Assembly: GCA_017999365.1 (NCBI GenBank)
Contig: JAGNLW010000002.1
Span: 160,530 to 224,529 of the forward strand
Length of the DNA: 64,000 nucleotides
From: Candidatus Aminicenantes bacterium
Lineage (GTDB): Bacteria > Acidobacteriota > Aminicenantia > Aminicenantales > Saccharicenantaceae
Direction of reading: 5' to 3'
The notes beneath the pieces were generated by a model, which had not been told where the DNA came from, did not search any database, and worked only from the letters and a program-made list of their open reading frames with translations. Each line of letters begins with the position of its first letter. The first letter of the stretch is position 1. A program made the translations under genes and the position numbers. This document shows positions 52,318 through 64,000 of the stretch, in pieces.

Positions 52318-53115
52318 ATGTACAAGTCCCGCCGCCAGGCCCTCGGCCAGCACTTCCTGGCCAACGAGGGCGTCCTGCGCAAGATCGCCGCGGCCATCGG
52401 CCCGCGGCCCGGCGAGGTCATCGTCGAGATCGGCCCCGGCAAGGGGGCCCTGACCAGGCTCCTGGCCGCGGTGGCGGGACGCGTCGTCGCGGTCGAGAAG
52501 GACGAGCGCCTCGTCCCGGAGCTCCGGGAGGCCGTGCCCGCCAACGTCGAGATCGTTCCCGGCGACATCCTGAGGACCGACCTGGGGGCCATCCGGGCCA
52601 AGACCGGCGCGGTGGCGCTCCGCCTGGTCGGCAACGTCCCCTATTCGATCTCCTCGCCTCTCCTTTTTCTGGTCCTCGACGAGCGCGCCCACCTTGCGGA
52701 CTGCGCCTTCCTCCTCCAGAAGGAGGTCGCCGAGCGGGTCACGGCCGGTCCGGGGACGAAGGATTACGCCCCCCTGGGCATCCTGCTCCGGAACGAGTTC
52801 GAGGCCCGCATCGCGTTCACCGTGGCCCCGGGCTCGTTCGCGCCGCCGCCCAAGGTCCAGTCGGCCCTGCTCCTGCTCAAGCGGCGGGCGGCGCCGCTCC
52901 TCCCCGGCGCGGCCGACGAACCCTTCCGCGCTTTCCTGCGGGCCGCTTTCGCCGAGCGGCGCAAGATGCTCTGGAAGAACCTGGCGCGGCGGGCCACCCC
53001 GGCCGCGCTCGAACGGGCCTATGCCGGGCTCGGGATCGCCAGGGGCGCGAGAGCGGAGGAACTGGCCCCTGAGGCCCTGTACGCCCTATTCTCGGCTCTC
53101 AAGAAGGCCGACTAG
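52318..53115 (+). CDS. rsmA: 16S rRNA (adenine1518/1519-N6)-dimethyltransferase
   Basis: LGQHFL, EIGPGKGALT SAM motif, full KsgA/RsmA similarity. Confidence 0.9.
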   Translation: MYKSRRQALGQHFLANEGVLRKIAAAIGPRPGEVIVEIGPGKGALTRLLAAVAGRVVAVEKDERLVPELREAVPANVEIVPGDILRTDLGAIRAKTGAVALRLVGNVPYSISSPLLFLVLDERAHLADCAFLLQKEVAERVTAGPGTKDYAPLGILLRNEFEARIAFTVAPGSFAPPPKVQSALLLLKRRAAPLLPGAADEPFRAFLRAAFAERRKMLWKNLARRATPAALERAYAGLGIARGARAEELAPEALYALFSALKKAD

Positions 53116-53137
53116 CGGGAGAGGGGCTTCATCCTCC

Positions 53138-54076
53138 TCATTTCCCGCCGAAGTGGATCTTCGCCCCCGTCGGCGGCCAGGCGCAACGGCCGGGGAAGGC
53201 CGCGGCCAACTGGGCGTAGGAGTTCACCCCCGTACAGTGTCCGAGCAGGATCCTCTCGATCCCCATCGCGCGGAAGGCCTCGATCGTCGCCTCCATCCTC
53301 TGAGGCGACGCGCTGAGGAGATGGGTGCCGCCCATGACGGCGTGGATCCTGTCGGCCCCGGTGAGCTTCATGACGTAGCGGGCCGTGTTGACCACGCCGG
53401 CGTGGGCGCAGCCGAGCAGGACGACCACGCCCTCGGGGACCCGGAAGAAGATGGCCTGGTCGTCCGGGACGAGGTCGGGCGTCTTCAAGTCCTGGTCGAG
53501 GAAAATGAACCCGCCCACGCCGGTGTCCTCGTAGGCCGTCGTCCGCGGGACCTCGCCGGTGACCATCACGCCTTCGCCGACGAGCGTGGGCCCGGTCGTC
53601 TCTCGGAAGCCGCGGGACTTGCCCCGCAGGACATCGCGGGAGATGCCGTTCTCCTCCCGGAGGACGCGCTCGCGGCCCTTGAAATACCTCGGGGCGAAGG
53701 CGGCCGGATGGATGAACAGGTCGACCGGGCCGCTGAAGTCGAGCGCCTTCTCGAGCCCGCCGGTGTGGTCGAAGTGGCCGTGACTGACGACGACGGCGTC
53801 GAGCTTGGCCAGATCGACCTTCATGGCCCGGGCGTTCTCGAGCAGGGTCCGGCCGCCGCCGGCGTCGAACAGGATCCGGTGCTTGCCCGTCTCGACGAGG
53901 AAGGCCAACCCCCATTCGCCGAGCAGCGACGGGTCCCCGGCCATGTTCTCCACGAGCACGGTGACGTCCACGCCCGGCAATACGGGAAGAGAGGCCGGGG
54001 CGGCGGCCGGCGCCTGGGCGAAGAGCGCCGAGATCGCGAGGCAGGCCATAGCGAAGATGAAGACGGCGCGTTTCAT
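53138..54076 (-). CDS. secreted MBL-fold metallo-hydrolase
   Basis: Signal peptide; HGHFDHTGG metallo-beta-lactamase zinc motif. Confidence 0.8.
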   Translation of the reverse strand: MKRAVFIFAMACLAISALFAQAPAAAPASLPVLPGVDVTVLVENMAGDPSLLGEWGLAFLVETGKHRILFDAGGGRTLLENARAMKVDLAKLDAVVVSHGHFDHTGGLEKALDFSGPVDLFIHPAAFAPRYFKGRERVLREENGISRDVLRGKSRGFRETTGPTLVGEGVMVTGEVPRTTAYEDTGVGGFIFLDQDLKTPDLVPDDQAIFFRVPEGVVVLLGCAHAGVVNTARYVMKLTGADRIHAVMGGTHLLSASPQRMEATIEAFRAMGIERILLGHCTGVNSYAQLAAAFPGRCAWPPTGAKIHFGGK

Positions 54077-54259
54077 GTCATCCCTCCGATGATCCTTTTT
54101 GCCGATCCTTAGGATAGCCCCCTTACGGACCCATGGTCAAATGCCGCCGTTCGACGTCGTCTCCTCTCATCGCCGACGGGACGGCGGGCGCCCGGGCCGA
54201 AAGGGACCGGCCGCGGTGACGAAGGCGGTGACGGCCGAGAGTATGCTATAATTCCCGCC

Positions 54260-56659
54260 GTGAAAAAGCGGAAGAAGGGCGCCGCGGCGGCCCGGAACGG
54301 CAAGAACGGGAAGGCCGGCAAGTCCGCGGCCAAGAAGAGCGCGCTGGCCGTCGAGATCGCCGGCGTCCTGCTCGTCTTCCTGGCCCTGTTCGCCTTCATC
54401 GCCGTCGTCAGCTTCGACGCCAAGGACCCGTCGTTCAATACCCGGCCCGTGGAAGGCCACGCCACGCGCAATTGGGCCGGCGGCGCCGGATCGTACTTCG
54501 CGGAGTTGGTCCTGTCCCTGCTGGGCCTGGCCGCCTTCGTGCTCCCGTTCGTCCTCGGCTACGCCGCGCTCAAGGCCGTCCTCCGCGGCACGGCCGCCCA
54601 CCTCCTCAAGCGGCTGGGCACGATCGCCCTGGGCCTGCTCATCGCCTGCCCGCTCCTGGCCTTCCTCGAGCATTTCCCCCTCCGCGGCGGCGACTTCCCG
54701 GCCGGCGGCCTTCTGGGCCAGCTGCTCCACACCTTTCTGTCGAGTTTCTTGAGCGAGATCGGCACGTTCTTCTTCCTGCTGGCCGCTCTGGCCGTCTTTC
54801 TCCTCTTCTCGACCCGCTGGTCGCTGGCCAAGTCCCTCCATTTCGCCAAGGGGGCCTTCGAGTCGACGGCCAAGGAGGTCCGCATCCAGGTCACGGACCG
54901 GCAGAAGGCCAAGGCCAAGGAGAAGATGCGCGAGCGGGTCCAGGACAAGTACGCCGCGCCGCCCGACAAGCCCGATCCCAAGGCCGAGAAGGCCGCCCGC
55001 AAGGCCGAGCTGAAGGCCGAGAAGGAACGGGAGCGGGAGGAGCGCCGGCTCGAGAAGGAGGCCGCCCGCCGGCCCGTCTTCAAGGCCCCGGCGCCCCCGG
55101 CCAAGCCGGCCGCGCCGCCGCCCCAGCCCCTGCTCTTCCCCGACCCGGGCAAGAAGGGCGACTACCGCTATCCGCCCTTCACCCTGCTCGAGCCGGGCCT
55201 GCCGGCCGAGAAGATCAGCCCGGCCGAGCTGTCCGACAAGAAGCGCCGCATCGAGGAGAAGCTGCGCGAGTTCGGCATCGAGGGCGAGGTCCGCGAGTAC
55301 CACCCCGGCCCCGTCATCACGACCTACGAGTACTTCCCGGCCCCGGGCATCAAGGTCTCGCAGGTCCAGAGCCGGACCGAGGACCTGGCCCTGGCCCTGG
55401 AGACGGTGTCCGTGCGCATCCAGCGCATCGCCGGCAAGTCCACCCTGGGCATCGAGATCCCCAACAACAAGCGCGAGATCATCAAGCTCCGGGACATCAT
55501 CGAGTCGCCGCATTTTCAGGACTCGCCCTCCAAGCTGACCTTCGCCCTGGGCAAGGACGTCCACGGCGGCGTCGTCGTGACCGACCTGGCCATCATGCCC
55601 CACCTGCTCATCGCCGGCTCGACCGGCACGGGCAAGAGCGTGGCCCTCAACGCCCTCATCGCCAGCCTCCTCTACAAGGCCACCCCGGAGGAGGTCAAGA
55701 TCGTCCTCATCGATCCCAAGCGGCTCGAGTTCACGCTCTTCGAGGACATCCCCCACCTGCTCTGTCCGGTCATCAACGACCCCAAGAAGGCCCACGTCGT
55801 CCTCAACGACATCGTCCGGAAGATGGACGAGCGCTACAAGAAGCTCCAGGGGGTCAAGGTCCGCAACATCGACCAGTACAACACCCAGATGCGGCAGTTC
55901 CTGGCCGAGAAGAAGGGGCCCCTGACGGAGGAGGAGAAGCAGCAGTTCCAGCCCCTGCCCTACATCGTCATCATCATCGACGAGCTGGCCGAGCTGATGA
56001 TGGTCGGGGCCCAGGAGGTCGAGTTCCTGATCGGCCGGCTGGCCCAGCTGGCCCGGGCCGTCGGCATCCACCTGGTCATGGCCACCCAGCGGCCGTCCAT
56101 CGACGTCATCACCGGGACCATCAAGAACAACTTCGCCTGCCGCATCGCCTTCCGCGTCCCGTCCAAGGTCGACTCGCGGGTCATCATCGACACCTCCGGC
56201 GCCGACCAGCTCCTGGGCATGGGCGACATGCTGTTCATGCCGCCCCTCAACCCCCGCCTCGTCCGCCATCACTGCTCCTTCGTTTCCGCGGGCGAGATCA
56301 AGCGCCTGGTCAAGCACGTCAAGAGCCAGGGCACGCCGACCTACGACACGCGCATCCTCCACGTCGTCAAGGGCGACGCCGACCCCGCGGCCGACGCGGA
56401 CGGCGAGAAGGACGAGCTGTTCGACAAGGCCGTCGAGACCGTCCTCCAGAGCGGCCAGGCCTCGGCCTCCCACCTCCAGCGCCGCCTCGAGCTCGGCTAC
56501 GCCCGGGCGGCCCGGATCATCGACCAGATGGAGGACGCGGGCCTCATCGGTCCCAAGGACGGCAGCAAGCCCCGCGAGATCCTCATCGACCGCAAGGAGT
56601 ACTTCCAGGAGCTGGCCCGCAAGCGGGCCGCCGGCGCGGACCGGGACCGGGAGGACTGA
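54260..56659 (+). CDS. ftsK: DNA translocase FtsK
   Basis: N-terminal TM segments, Pro/Lys-rich linker, motor domain Walker A GSTGTGKSV, C-terminal gamma winged-helix domain. Confidence 0.95.
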   Translation: MKKRKKGAAAARNGKNGKAGKSAAKKSALAVEIAGVLLVFLALFAFIAVVSFDAKDPSFNTRPVEGHATRNWAGGAGSYFAELVLSLLGLAAFVLPFVLGYAALKAVLRGTAAHLLKRLGTIALGLLIACPLLAFLEHFPLRGGDFPAGGLLGQLLHTFLSSFLSEIGTFFFLLAALAVFLLFSTRWSLAKSLHFAKGAFESTAKEVRIQVTDRQKAKAKEKMRERVQDKYAAPPDKPDPKAEKAARKAELKAEKEREREERRLEKEAARRPVFKAPAPPAKPAAPPPQPLLFPDPGKKGDYRYPPFTLLEPGLPAEKISPAELSDKKRRIEEKLREFGIEGEVREYHPGPVITTYEYFPAPGIKVSQVQSRTEDLALALETVSVRIQRIAGKSTLGIEIPNNKREIIKLRDIIESPHFQDSPSKLTFALGKDVHGGVVVTDLAIMPHLLIAGSTGTGKSVALNALIASLLYKATPEEVKIVLIDPKRLEFTLFEDIPHLLCPVINDPKKAHVVLNDIVRKMDERYKKLQGVKVRNIDQYNTQMRQFLAEKKGPLTEEEKQQFQPLPYIVIIIDELAELMMVGAQEVEFLIGRLAQLARAVGIHLVMATQRPSIDVITGTIKNNFACRIAFRVPSKVDSRVIIDTSGADQLLGMGDMLFMPPLNPRLVRHHCSFVSAGEIKRLVKHVKSQGTPTYDTRILHVVKGDADPAADADGEKDELFDKAVETVLQSGQASASHLQRRLELGYARAARIIDQMEDAGLIGPKDGSKPREILIDRKEYFQELARKRAAGADRDRED

Positions 56660-56665
56660 CCGGCA

Positions 56666-57165
56666 TGACGCCCCCCCGGAAAGCCGCCCCGCCCGAGGAC
56701 GCCGTCCTTCCGTACCGGGCCGTCATCTCCTTCCGGGTCCGCAAGGCCCTCGGCAGCTCCAACCCCGACTGGGAGGACGTCGTCAACGAGATCCTGACCC
56801 AGGCCGTGGCCAAGATCAAGAGCGGCGAGTTCCGCGGCGACTCCTCGATCGGGACCTTCCTCTACACCATCACCAGCCGGCGGATCATCGACTACATCCG
56901 GCAGAAGACCCGGGTCCTCAAACACGCCCCGGAGCCCGCCCCCTACCCCGACCCCCACGAGGAGATGGAGAAGAGCGAACGGGCCCGCCAGGTCGAGCGG
57001 GTCGTCGGCGGCCTCAAGCCCAAGTTCCGCGACGTCCTCTACCTCTATTACTACAAGGAGCTGTCCCGGGAGGAGGTGGCCCGGACCCTGGACATCTCCC
57101 CCCGCCGGGTCTCGGAGCGCGTCAACTACGCCCTCAAGCTCATCCAGAAGGCCGTCCGGAAATAG
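56666..57165 (+). CDS. ECF-type RNA polymerase sigma-70 family factor
   Basis: Sigma70 region 2 and region 4 HTH (YKELSREEVARTLDISPRRVSERVNYALKLI). Confidence 0.8.
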
Positions 57166-57231
57166 GCCGGGGAAGTCCGTCTTGTCACCCCTTCGAGCGA
57201 CTAAAATACCGAAGCCCGAAAAGGCTCCGGC

Positions 57232-57490
57232 CATGAAGAAGTGCAAGTACGAACACTGGATCGACGGCTATCTCCTCGATAAGCTCAAGCCCGAGGACCA
57301 GGCCGAGTTCGAGGAGCACTACTTCATCTGCCCCCACTGCTTCGCCAAGATGGACCAGCAGAGCGAGATCGTCCAGATCCTCAAGAAGGAAGGGGTCCTC
57401 GAGACCGGCGAGGGCGGGGGCTGCGAACACGTTCCCAAGCCGGCCTCCCTCTGGCGCCGCCTGCTCAGGCGGCTCGGCCTCGGCCGCTAA
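57232..57490 (+). CDS. putative zinc-finger (zf-HC2-like) anti-sigma factor, no TM segment
   Basis: H-x3-C-x2-C pattern (EEHYFICPHCF), immediately downstream of sigma factor. Confidence 0.55.
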
Positions 57491-58164
57491 TCCTCGATCG
57501 GACGGTCGTCGGCGAACATCCGCCCGCGCGTCGTCTCCTCGAACCCCAGGCAGCACATCAGCCGCCCGCACAGGCCCGAGATCTTGGTCGGGTTGATGAC
57601 GATCTGCTGCTTGCGGGCCTTCTGGATGGTCACCGGCTCGAAGTTGGTCATGAAGCTCGAGCAGCACAGGCAGCGGCCGCAGACGCCCAGGCCGCCGATC
57701 ATCTTGGCCTCGTCGCGGACGCCGACCTGGCGCATCTCGATGCGCATGCGCAGCTCCTTGGCCAGGTCCTTGACCAGCTGGCGGAAGTCGATGCGGCCGT
57801 CGGCCGTGTAATAGAAGATGCCCTTCTTCTCGCTGAAGAAGTAGCGCACGGCGACGAGCTTCATGGCCAGGCCGTGGGCGGCGATGCGCTGCAGGCAGAG
57901 GTCGTAGGCCCGGGCCTCGCGCTCGCGCAGCCACTCGAACTTGCGGACGTCTTCGGGCGTGGCCTTGCGCAGGGCCTGGACGGCCAGCCGCGAGGCCTTG
58001 GGGTTGTGGCAGTAGGTGCTCGTCCCGTCGACGACGACGGCCAGGTCGCCGCCGAGCTCGGACTCGATGAGGACGCGGTCGCCGACCTGGAGGTCCAGCT
58101 CCCCCTTATGGATGCGGACCAGGCGGCTCGTGGTTTCCGATCTCACGCAGACGATGTCAGACAT
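57487..58164 (-). CDS. PSP1 domain protein (RicT/YaaT-like)
   Basis: PSP1 C-terminal region with Cys cluster (GVCGRCLCCSSF, CGRLMCCLGF); classic position downstream of holB. Confidence 0.85.
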   Translation of the reverse strand: MSDIVCVRSETTSRLVRIHKGELDLQVGDRVLIESELGGDLAVVVDGTSTYCHNPKASRLAVQALRKATPEDVRKFEWLREREARAYDLCLQRIAAHGLAMKLVAVRYFFSEKKGIFYYTADGRIDFRQLVKDLAKELRMRIEMRQVGVRDEAKMIGGLGVCGRCLCCSSFMTNFEPVTIQKARKQQIVINPTKISGLCGRLMCCLGFEETTRGRMFADDRPIED

Positions 58165-59146
58165 GTCTCAACTCCCCAAAATTGGAGAAGAAGGTCGTCG
58201 CCAGCAGCCCCTTGTTGAGGTTGCCGGCGAGCTGGGCCAACACGAAATCGAGCTCCTCCAGGACGCCGAGCAGGCGCGGCGTCGTCCAGCCGTCCGCGGC
58301 CGGCCGCAGCCGGTCCTCGAGGTCCGGGTTGAGGAGAAGGGCCGGCGGGGCCCCGGTCCGCAGGGCCAGGATATCGCGGACGAAGGAGGCCAGGACCTCC
58401 AGGACGCCGCCGAACTCCTCCTGCACGGCCTTGGTCACCGTCCCGAAGCGCTCCAGGAACAGGCCGGACCGGTCGGCCGAGACGAGGGCCTCGAAGAGCG
58501 CCCAGGCCTCGTCCTTGAGGGCCCGGACCTCATCCCACTCGAGCTCCCGGGCCCGGTCGAGGTTGCCCCCGACGACGAGGGCCAGGACGCGGGCCTGCTC
58601 GCGGCTGAAACCGCGGGCCAGGAAAGCGGACTCGATCTCCTCGCGTCCGACGAGAGAGAAGGACAGCAGGCGGCAGCGCGAGCGGATGGTCGGCAGGAGG
58701 CGGTCGGGGCTGTCGGTCAGCAGGACGATGTGGCAGAAGGCCGGCGGCTCCTCGAGGACCTTGAGCAGGGAGTTGGCCGCCGTGTCCGTCATGTCCTTGG
58801 CGTCGTCGATGATGAAGACGCGCCGGCGCCCGGACATGGGCCGCAGATAGGCCATCTGCTTGACGAGCTCGGTTTGCTCGACCTTGAGCTTCTGGACCTC
58901 GACGGCGAAGGTCATGACGTCGGGGTGGTTGCCGGCATCGATGGCCAGGCAGGACGGGCAGGCGTCGCAGGAATCGGTCGTCAGGTCGCGGCAGTTGAGG
59001 GCCTTGGCCAGGGTCAGGGCCACGGTCGACTTGCCGACGCCGTCGGGACCGGCGAAGATGAGCGAGTGCGGGGCCTGCCCGCGCTCGAGGGCCAGCTGGA
59101 GGATGCGCTTGATCCCCGTGTTGCCCGCGATGTCCTTGAAGGCCAC
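58157..59146 (-). CDS. holB: DNA polymerase III delta' subunit
   Basis: AAA+ clamp-loader motifs (GPDGVGKS, zinc module CRDLTTDSCDACPSC, SRC motif TIRSRC). Confidence 0.85.
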   Translation of the reverse strand: MAFKDIAGNTGIKRILQLALERGQAPHSLIFAGPDGVGKSTVALTLAKALNCRDLTTDSCDACPSCLAIDAGNHPDVMTFAVEVQKLKVEQTELVKQMAYLRPMSGRRRVFIIDDAKDMTDTAANSLLKVLEEPPAFCHIVLLTDSPDRLLPTIRSRCRLLSFSLVGREEIESAFLARGFSREQARVLALVVGGNLDRARELEWDEVRALKDEAWALFEALVSADRSGLFLERFGTVTKAVQEEFGGVLEVLASFVRDILALRTGAPPALLLNPDLEDRLRPAADGWTTPRLLGVLEELDFVLAQLAGNLNKGLLATTFFSNFGELRHV

Positions 59147-59150
59147 GACC

Positions 59151-61712
<2,562 letters not shown>

Positions 61713-61842
61713 AACCTATCCATCTTAGCACAGATTTCCGGGGACGGCCTAAGGGATAGTCCGATTTTCGAGACAACTGAGAATCCGCAGCTTCGTGAGG
61801 CGTCGAATATGACGGCTGGGCCCGACGGCCCGATCCGCGGGG

Positions 61843-62169
61843 ATGTTGACATTGTATATATATTGTAATAAACTGATCACGTGGGATGAGAAGAAGAACG
61901 CCCTCCTTAGAGAGCGCCGGGGCATCTCGTTCGAAGATGTCGCCGAGATCCTCGTCCGGAGCGGACCCGTATGGGCGAGAGAGCATCAACGGCCCGACAA
62001 GTACCCGGGCCAGCGCCAACTTGGCGTGGTGATCGCGGGTTATGTCTTCATCGTCCCCTATGAGGAAACGGATGAAACCATCCACTTCAAAACCGTCTAT
62101 CCGAGCCGGCGAGCAACCGGAGAGTATTTCGGAATTGGAGCGAAGAATAAAAGGAAAGGCCCGCCATAA
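61843..62169 (+). CDS. brnT: BrnT-family (RelE/ParE superfamily, DUF497) toxin; start codon uncertain (ATG 61843 / TTG 61852 / CTG 61873)
   Basis: ITWDEKKNALLRERRGISFEDVAE matches BrnT N-terminus; low GC; TTGACA at 61846-61851 inside annotated 5' end. Confidence 0.7.
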   Translation: MLTLYIYCNKLITWDEKKNALLRERRGISFEDVAEILVRSGPVWAREHQRPDKYPGQRQLGVVIAGYVFIVPYEETDETIHFKTVYPSRRATGEYFGIGAKNKRKGPP

Positions 62170-62449
62170 GGGCTTTTTCGAGCCTTTGGACGATCAGGAG
62201 CGAGATCTCCGCGAAGCGATCGAAGGAGGCGAGCTCGCCCCCGTCCCGGATGAGGAGGCCGAAAAGGAAAAGCTGGTCCGAGCGGCGCGGGCGACGCTCG
62301 CTAAGAACAGGCACATCAGCATCAGGCTCTCCGAAAAGGACCTCTTCCGCCTCCGGGCCAAGGCCGGCGAGTTGGGTATCCCCTATCAAACCTTGATCGG
62401 CTCCATCCTCCATCAGTACGCCGAGGGTAAGGTCAAAGCGTCGTTCTGA
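62042..62449 (+). CDS. brnA: BrnA-family antitoxin (C-terminal RHH); start uncertain (possible TTG ~62133)
   Basis: C-terminus HISIRLSEKDLFRLRAKAGELGIPYQTLIGSILHQY matches BrnA; annotated ATG would overlap brnT by >100 nt. Confidence 0.6.
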   Translation: MSSSSPMRKRMKPSTSKPSIRAGEQPESISELERRIKGKARHKGFFEPLDDQERDLREAIEGGELAPVPDEEAEKEKLVRAARATLAKNRHISIRLSEKDLFRLRAKAGELGIPYQTLIGSILHQYAEGKVKASF

Positions 62450-62540
62450 AATCCCGGCTCGCCCGCCGGTTTTCCTTCGGCGAAATGGGTGAATGGGTAT
62501 TGTGTCCCCGTTTTGTTTTCGCTAGGATGGGAGGGCCCCC

Positions 62541-64000
62541 ATGTCCAACGAAGAGAAGATCCTGCGGTCGCTCGACATCCTCAAGGACATCGGCTACAAG
62601 AGCGACTCCATCAAGGCCATCAAGCACCTGCCGGCCCAGGAGGGCTCGTACCGGGACTACCCCGACGGCGTCCACCCGGCCCTGCGCGAGGCCCTGGCGG
62701 CCAAGGGCTTCCACCGGCTCTACTCCCACCAGCGCTCGAGCTGGGAGGCCCTGGCGGAGGGCAAGAACATCGTCGTCGTGACGCCGACGGCCTCGGGCAA
62801 GACCCTCTGCTACAACCTGCCCGTCCTCGACGCCATCATGAAGGACCCCTCGGCCCGGGCCCTGTACCTCTTCCCGACCAAGGCCCTGTCCCAGGACCAG
62901 CAGGCCGAGCTCGACGACGTCAACAAGCGGCTCCCCGAGGAGGTCCGGGTCTTCACCTACGACGGCGACACCCCCCAGGACGCCCGACGGGCCATCCGGG
63001 CCCGCGGCCACATCGTCCTGACCAACCCGGACATGCTCCACGCCGGCATCCTGCCCCACCACACGAAGTGGATCAAGCTGTTCGAGAACCTCAAGTACAT
63101 CGTCATCGACGAGCTCCACAACTACCGCGGCATCTTCGGCAGCCACCTGGCCAACGTCCTGAGGCGGCTCAAGCGCATCGCCGCCTTCTACGGCGCCCGC
63201 CCCCAGTTCATCCTGTGCACGGCGACGATCGCCAACCCGGCCGAGATGGCCGAGAAGATGATCGAGGCCCCGGTGGCCCTGGTCGACGACAACGGCGCGC
63301 CGCGGGGCGGCAAGTACTTCGTCTTCTACACGCCGCCCGTGGTCAACGCGGCCCTGGGCATCCGCCGGTCCTATGTGAACGAGTCGCGGCGGGTGGCCTC
63401 GATCTTCCTCAAGAACGGCCTGCAGACCATCGTCTTCGCCGGCAGCCGCCTCATCACCGAGGTCCTCCTGACCTACCTCAAGGAGGACATCGAGACGAAC
63501 ATCCGGAAGGAGGGGCTGATACGGGGCTACCGGGGCGGCTACCTGCCGCTGAAACGGCGCGAGATCGAGAAGGGCCTGCGGACGGGCGACATCCTGGGCG
63601 TCGTCTCGACCAACGCCCTGGAGCTCGGCATCGACATCGGCACGCTCGACGTGGCCGTGCTGGCGGGCTACCCGGGCACGATCGCCAGCACCTGGCAGCG
63701 GGCCGGCCGGGCCGGGCGCAAGTCGGGGCTGTCGGCGGCCGTGCTGGTGGCCACGAGCTCGCCGCTCGACCAGTTCATCATCAACAACCCCGACTACTTC
63801 TTCTCCAAGTCGCCGGAGATGGCCCTCATCAACCCCGACAACCTGTCCATCCTGGTCAGCCACGTCGGCTGCGCGGCCTTCGAACTGCCCTTCGGGGACG
63901 GCGAGACCTTCGGCCGGGCCGAGATCGGGCCCATCCTCAGCTACCTCGAGGAGGACAAGCTCCTCCACCACTCCAAGGACAAGTGGTTCTACACGTCCGA
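62541..64000 (+). CDS. DEXH-box helicase of MrfA/YprA (DUF1998) family, N-terminal part; gene continues beyond window
   Basis: Manual translation from ATG 62541: MSNEEKILRSLDILKDIGYKSDSIKAIKHLPAQEGSYRDYPDGV...VVVTPTASGKTLCYNLPVL...YLFPTKALSQDQ...DELHNYRGIFGSH; not in ORF track because no stop within window. Confidence 0.8.
   Translation, partial: MSNEEKILRSLDILKDIGYKSDSIKAIKHLPAQEGSYRDYPDGVHPALREALAAKGFHRLYSHQRSSWEALAEGKNIVVVTPTASGKTLCYNLPVLDAIMKDPSARALYLFPTKALSQDQQAELDDVNKRLPEEVRVFTYDGDTPQDARRAIRARGHIVLTNPDMLHAGILPHHTKWIKLFENLKYIVIDELHNYRGIFGSHLANVLRRLKRIAAFYGARPQFILCTATIANPAEMAEKMIEAPVALVDDNGAPRGGKYFVFYTPPVVNAALGIRRSYVNESRRVASIFLKNGLQTIVFAGSRLITEVLLTYLKEDIETNIRKEGLIRGYRGGYLPLKRREIEKGLRTGDILGVVSTNALELGIDIGTLDVAVLAGYPGTIASTWQRAGRAGRKSGLSAAVLVATSSPLDQFIINNPDYFFSKSPEMALINPDNLSILVSHVGCAAFELPFGDGETFGRAEIGPILSYLEEDKLLHHSKDKWFYTS

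Noticed and set aside
54167-56473. 768-aa minus ORF and 897-aa plus ORF (54472-57165) over ftsK
   Set aside because: Shadows; only the terminal 166 aa of the 54472 ORF (sigma factor, from ATG 56666) is real coding in that frame
62433-63971. 512-aa minus ORF at window end
   Set aside because: Antisense shadow of the MrfA/YprA-like helicase whose plus-strand translation has canonical helicase motifs

Overview
This is a high-GC (~68-70%) bacterial chromosomal segment. The six-frame track is full of long Arg/Gly/Pro-rich shadow ORFs on non-coding frames, and I rejected those. The genes I can support are listed below.

Core metabolism and housekeeping:
- A partial F1Fo ATP synthase operon, atpF-F'-H-A-G-D-C, with no a/c subunit genes nearby.
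- mfd, ftsK, uvrA, holB with a PSP1/RicT-like gene, folC-accD, and rsmA.
- A MOFRL-family glycerate kinase and an M20 peptidase.
- A pyruvoyl-dependent arginine decarboxylase.
- A rubredoxin-fused GltS-like protein.
- Two tandem SurA-like PPIases downstream of mfd.

Cell envelope:
- An EnvC-like / CtpA-like / YibQ-like cell-wall cluster.
- A TonB-dependent receptor and a DUF5916/CBM9-like outer membrane protein.
- NHL, redoxin and WXXGXW envelope proteins.
- An ECF sigma / anti-sigma pair.
- A membrane-anchored LuxR-HTH/TPR regulator.

Toxin-antitoxin modules (four type II pairs): two MazEF-like pairs, VapBC and BrnTA.

Accessory signals:
- The most distinctive region is a ~2.6 kb low-GC island (about 46.9-49.45 kb) between vapBC and folC. 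It carries an orphan Rhs C-terminal fragment with a variable toxin tip, followed by a signal-peptide-bearing candidate immunity gene and small membrane ORFs.
- A ~190-nt highly structured GC-rich element with a 20-bp closing helix lies in the leader of the rubredoxin-GltS gene.
- A tandem-duplicated ~135-bp stem-loop element sits in a divergent promoter.
- A dense array of GGGAT/ATCCC palindromes lies in the TonB receptor promoter region.
- An ankyrin-repeat gene is interrupted by a single in-frame TAG.
- A perfect 21-bp inverted-repeat terminator is present.
- The UvrA homolog appears to lack the insertion domain.
- The CtpA-like protease apparently lacks its Ser/Lys dyad.
- A CheY-like receiver has Glu at the phospho-acceptor site.

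Two genes run off the window edges and are absent from the ORF track: a lipoprotein at 1-303 (minus) and an MrfA/YprA-like helicase from 62541 (plus).
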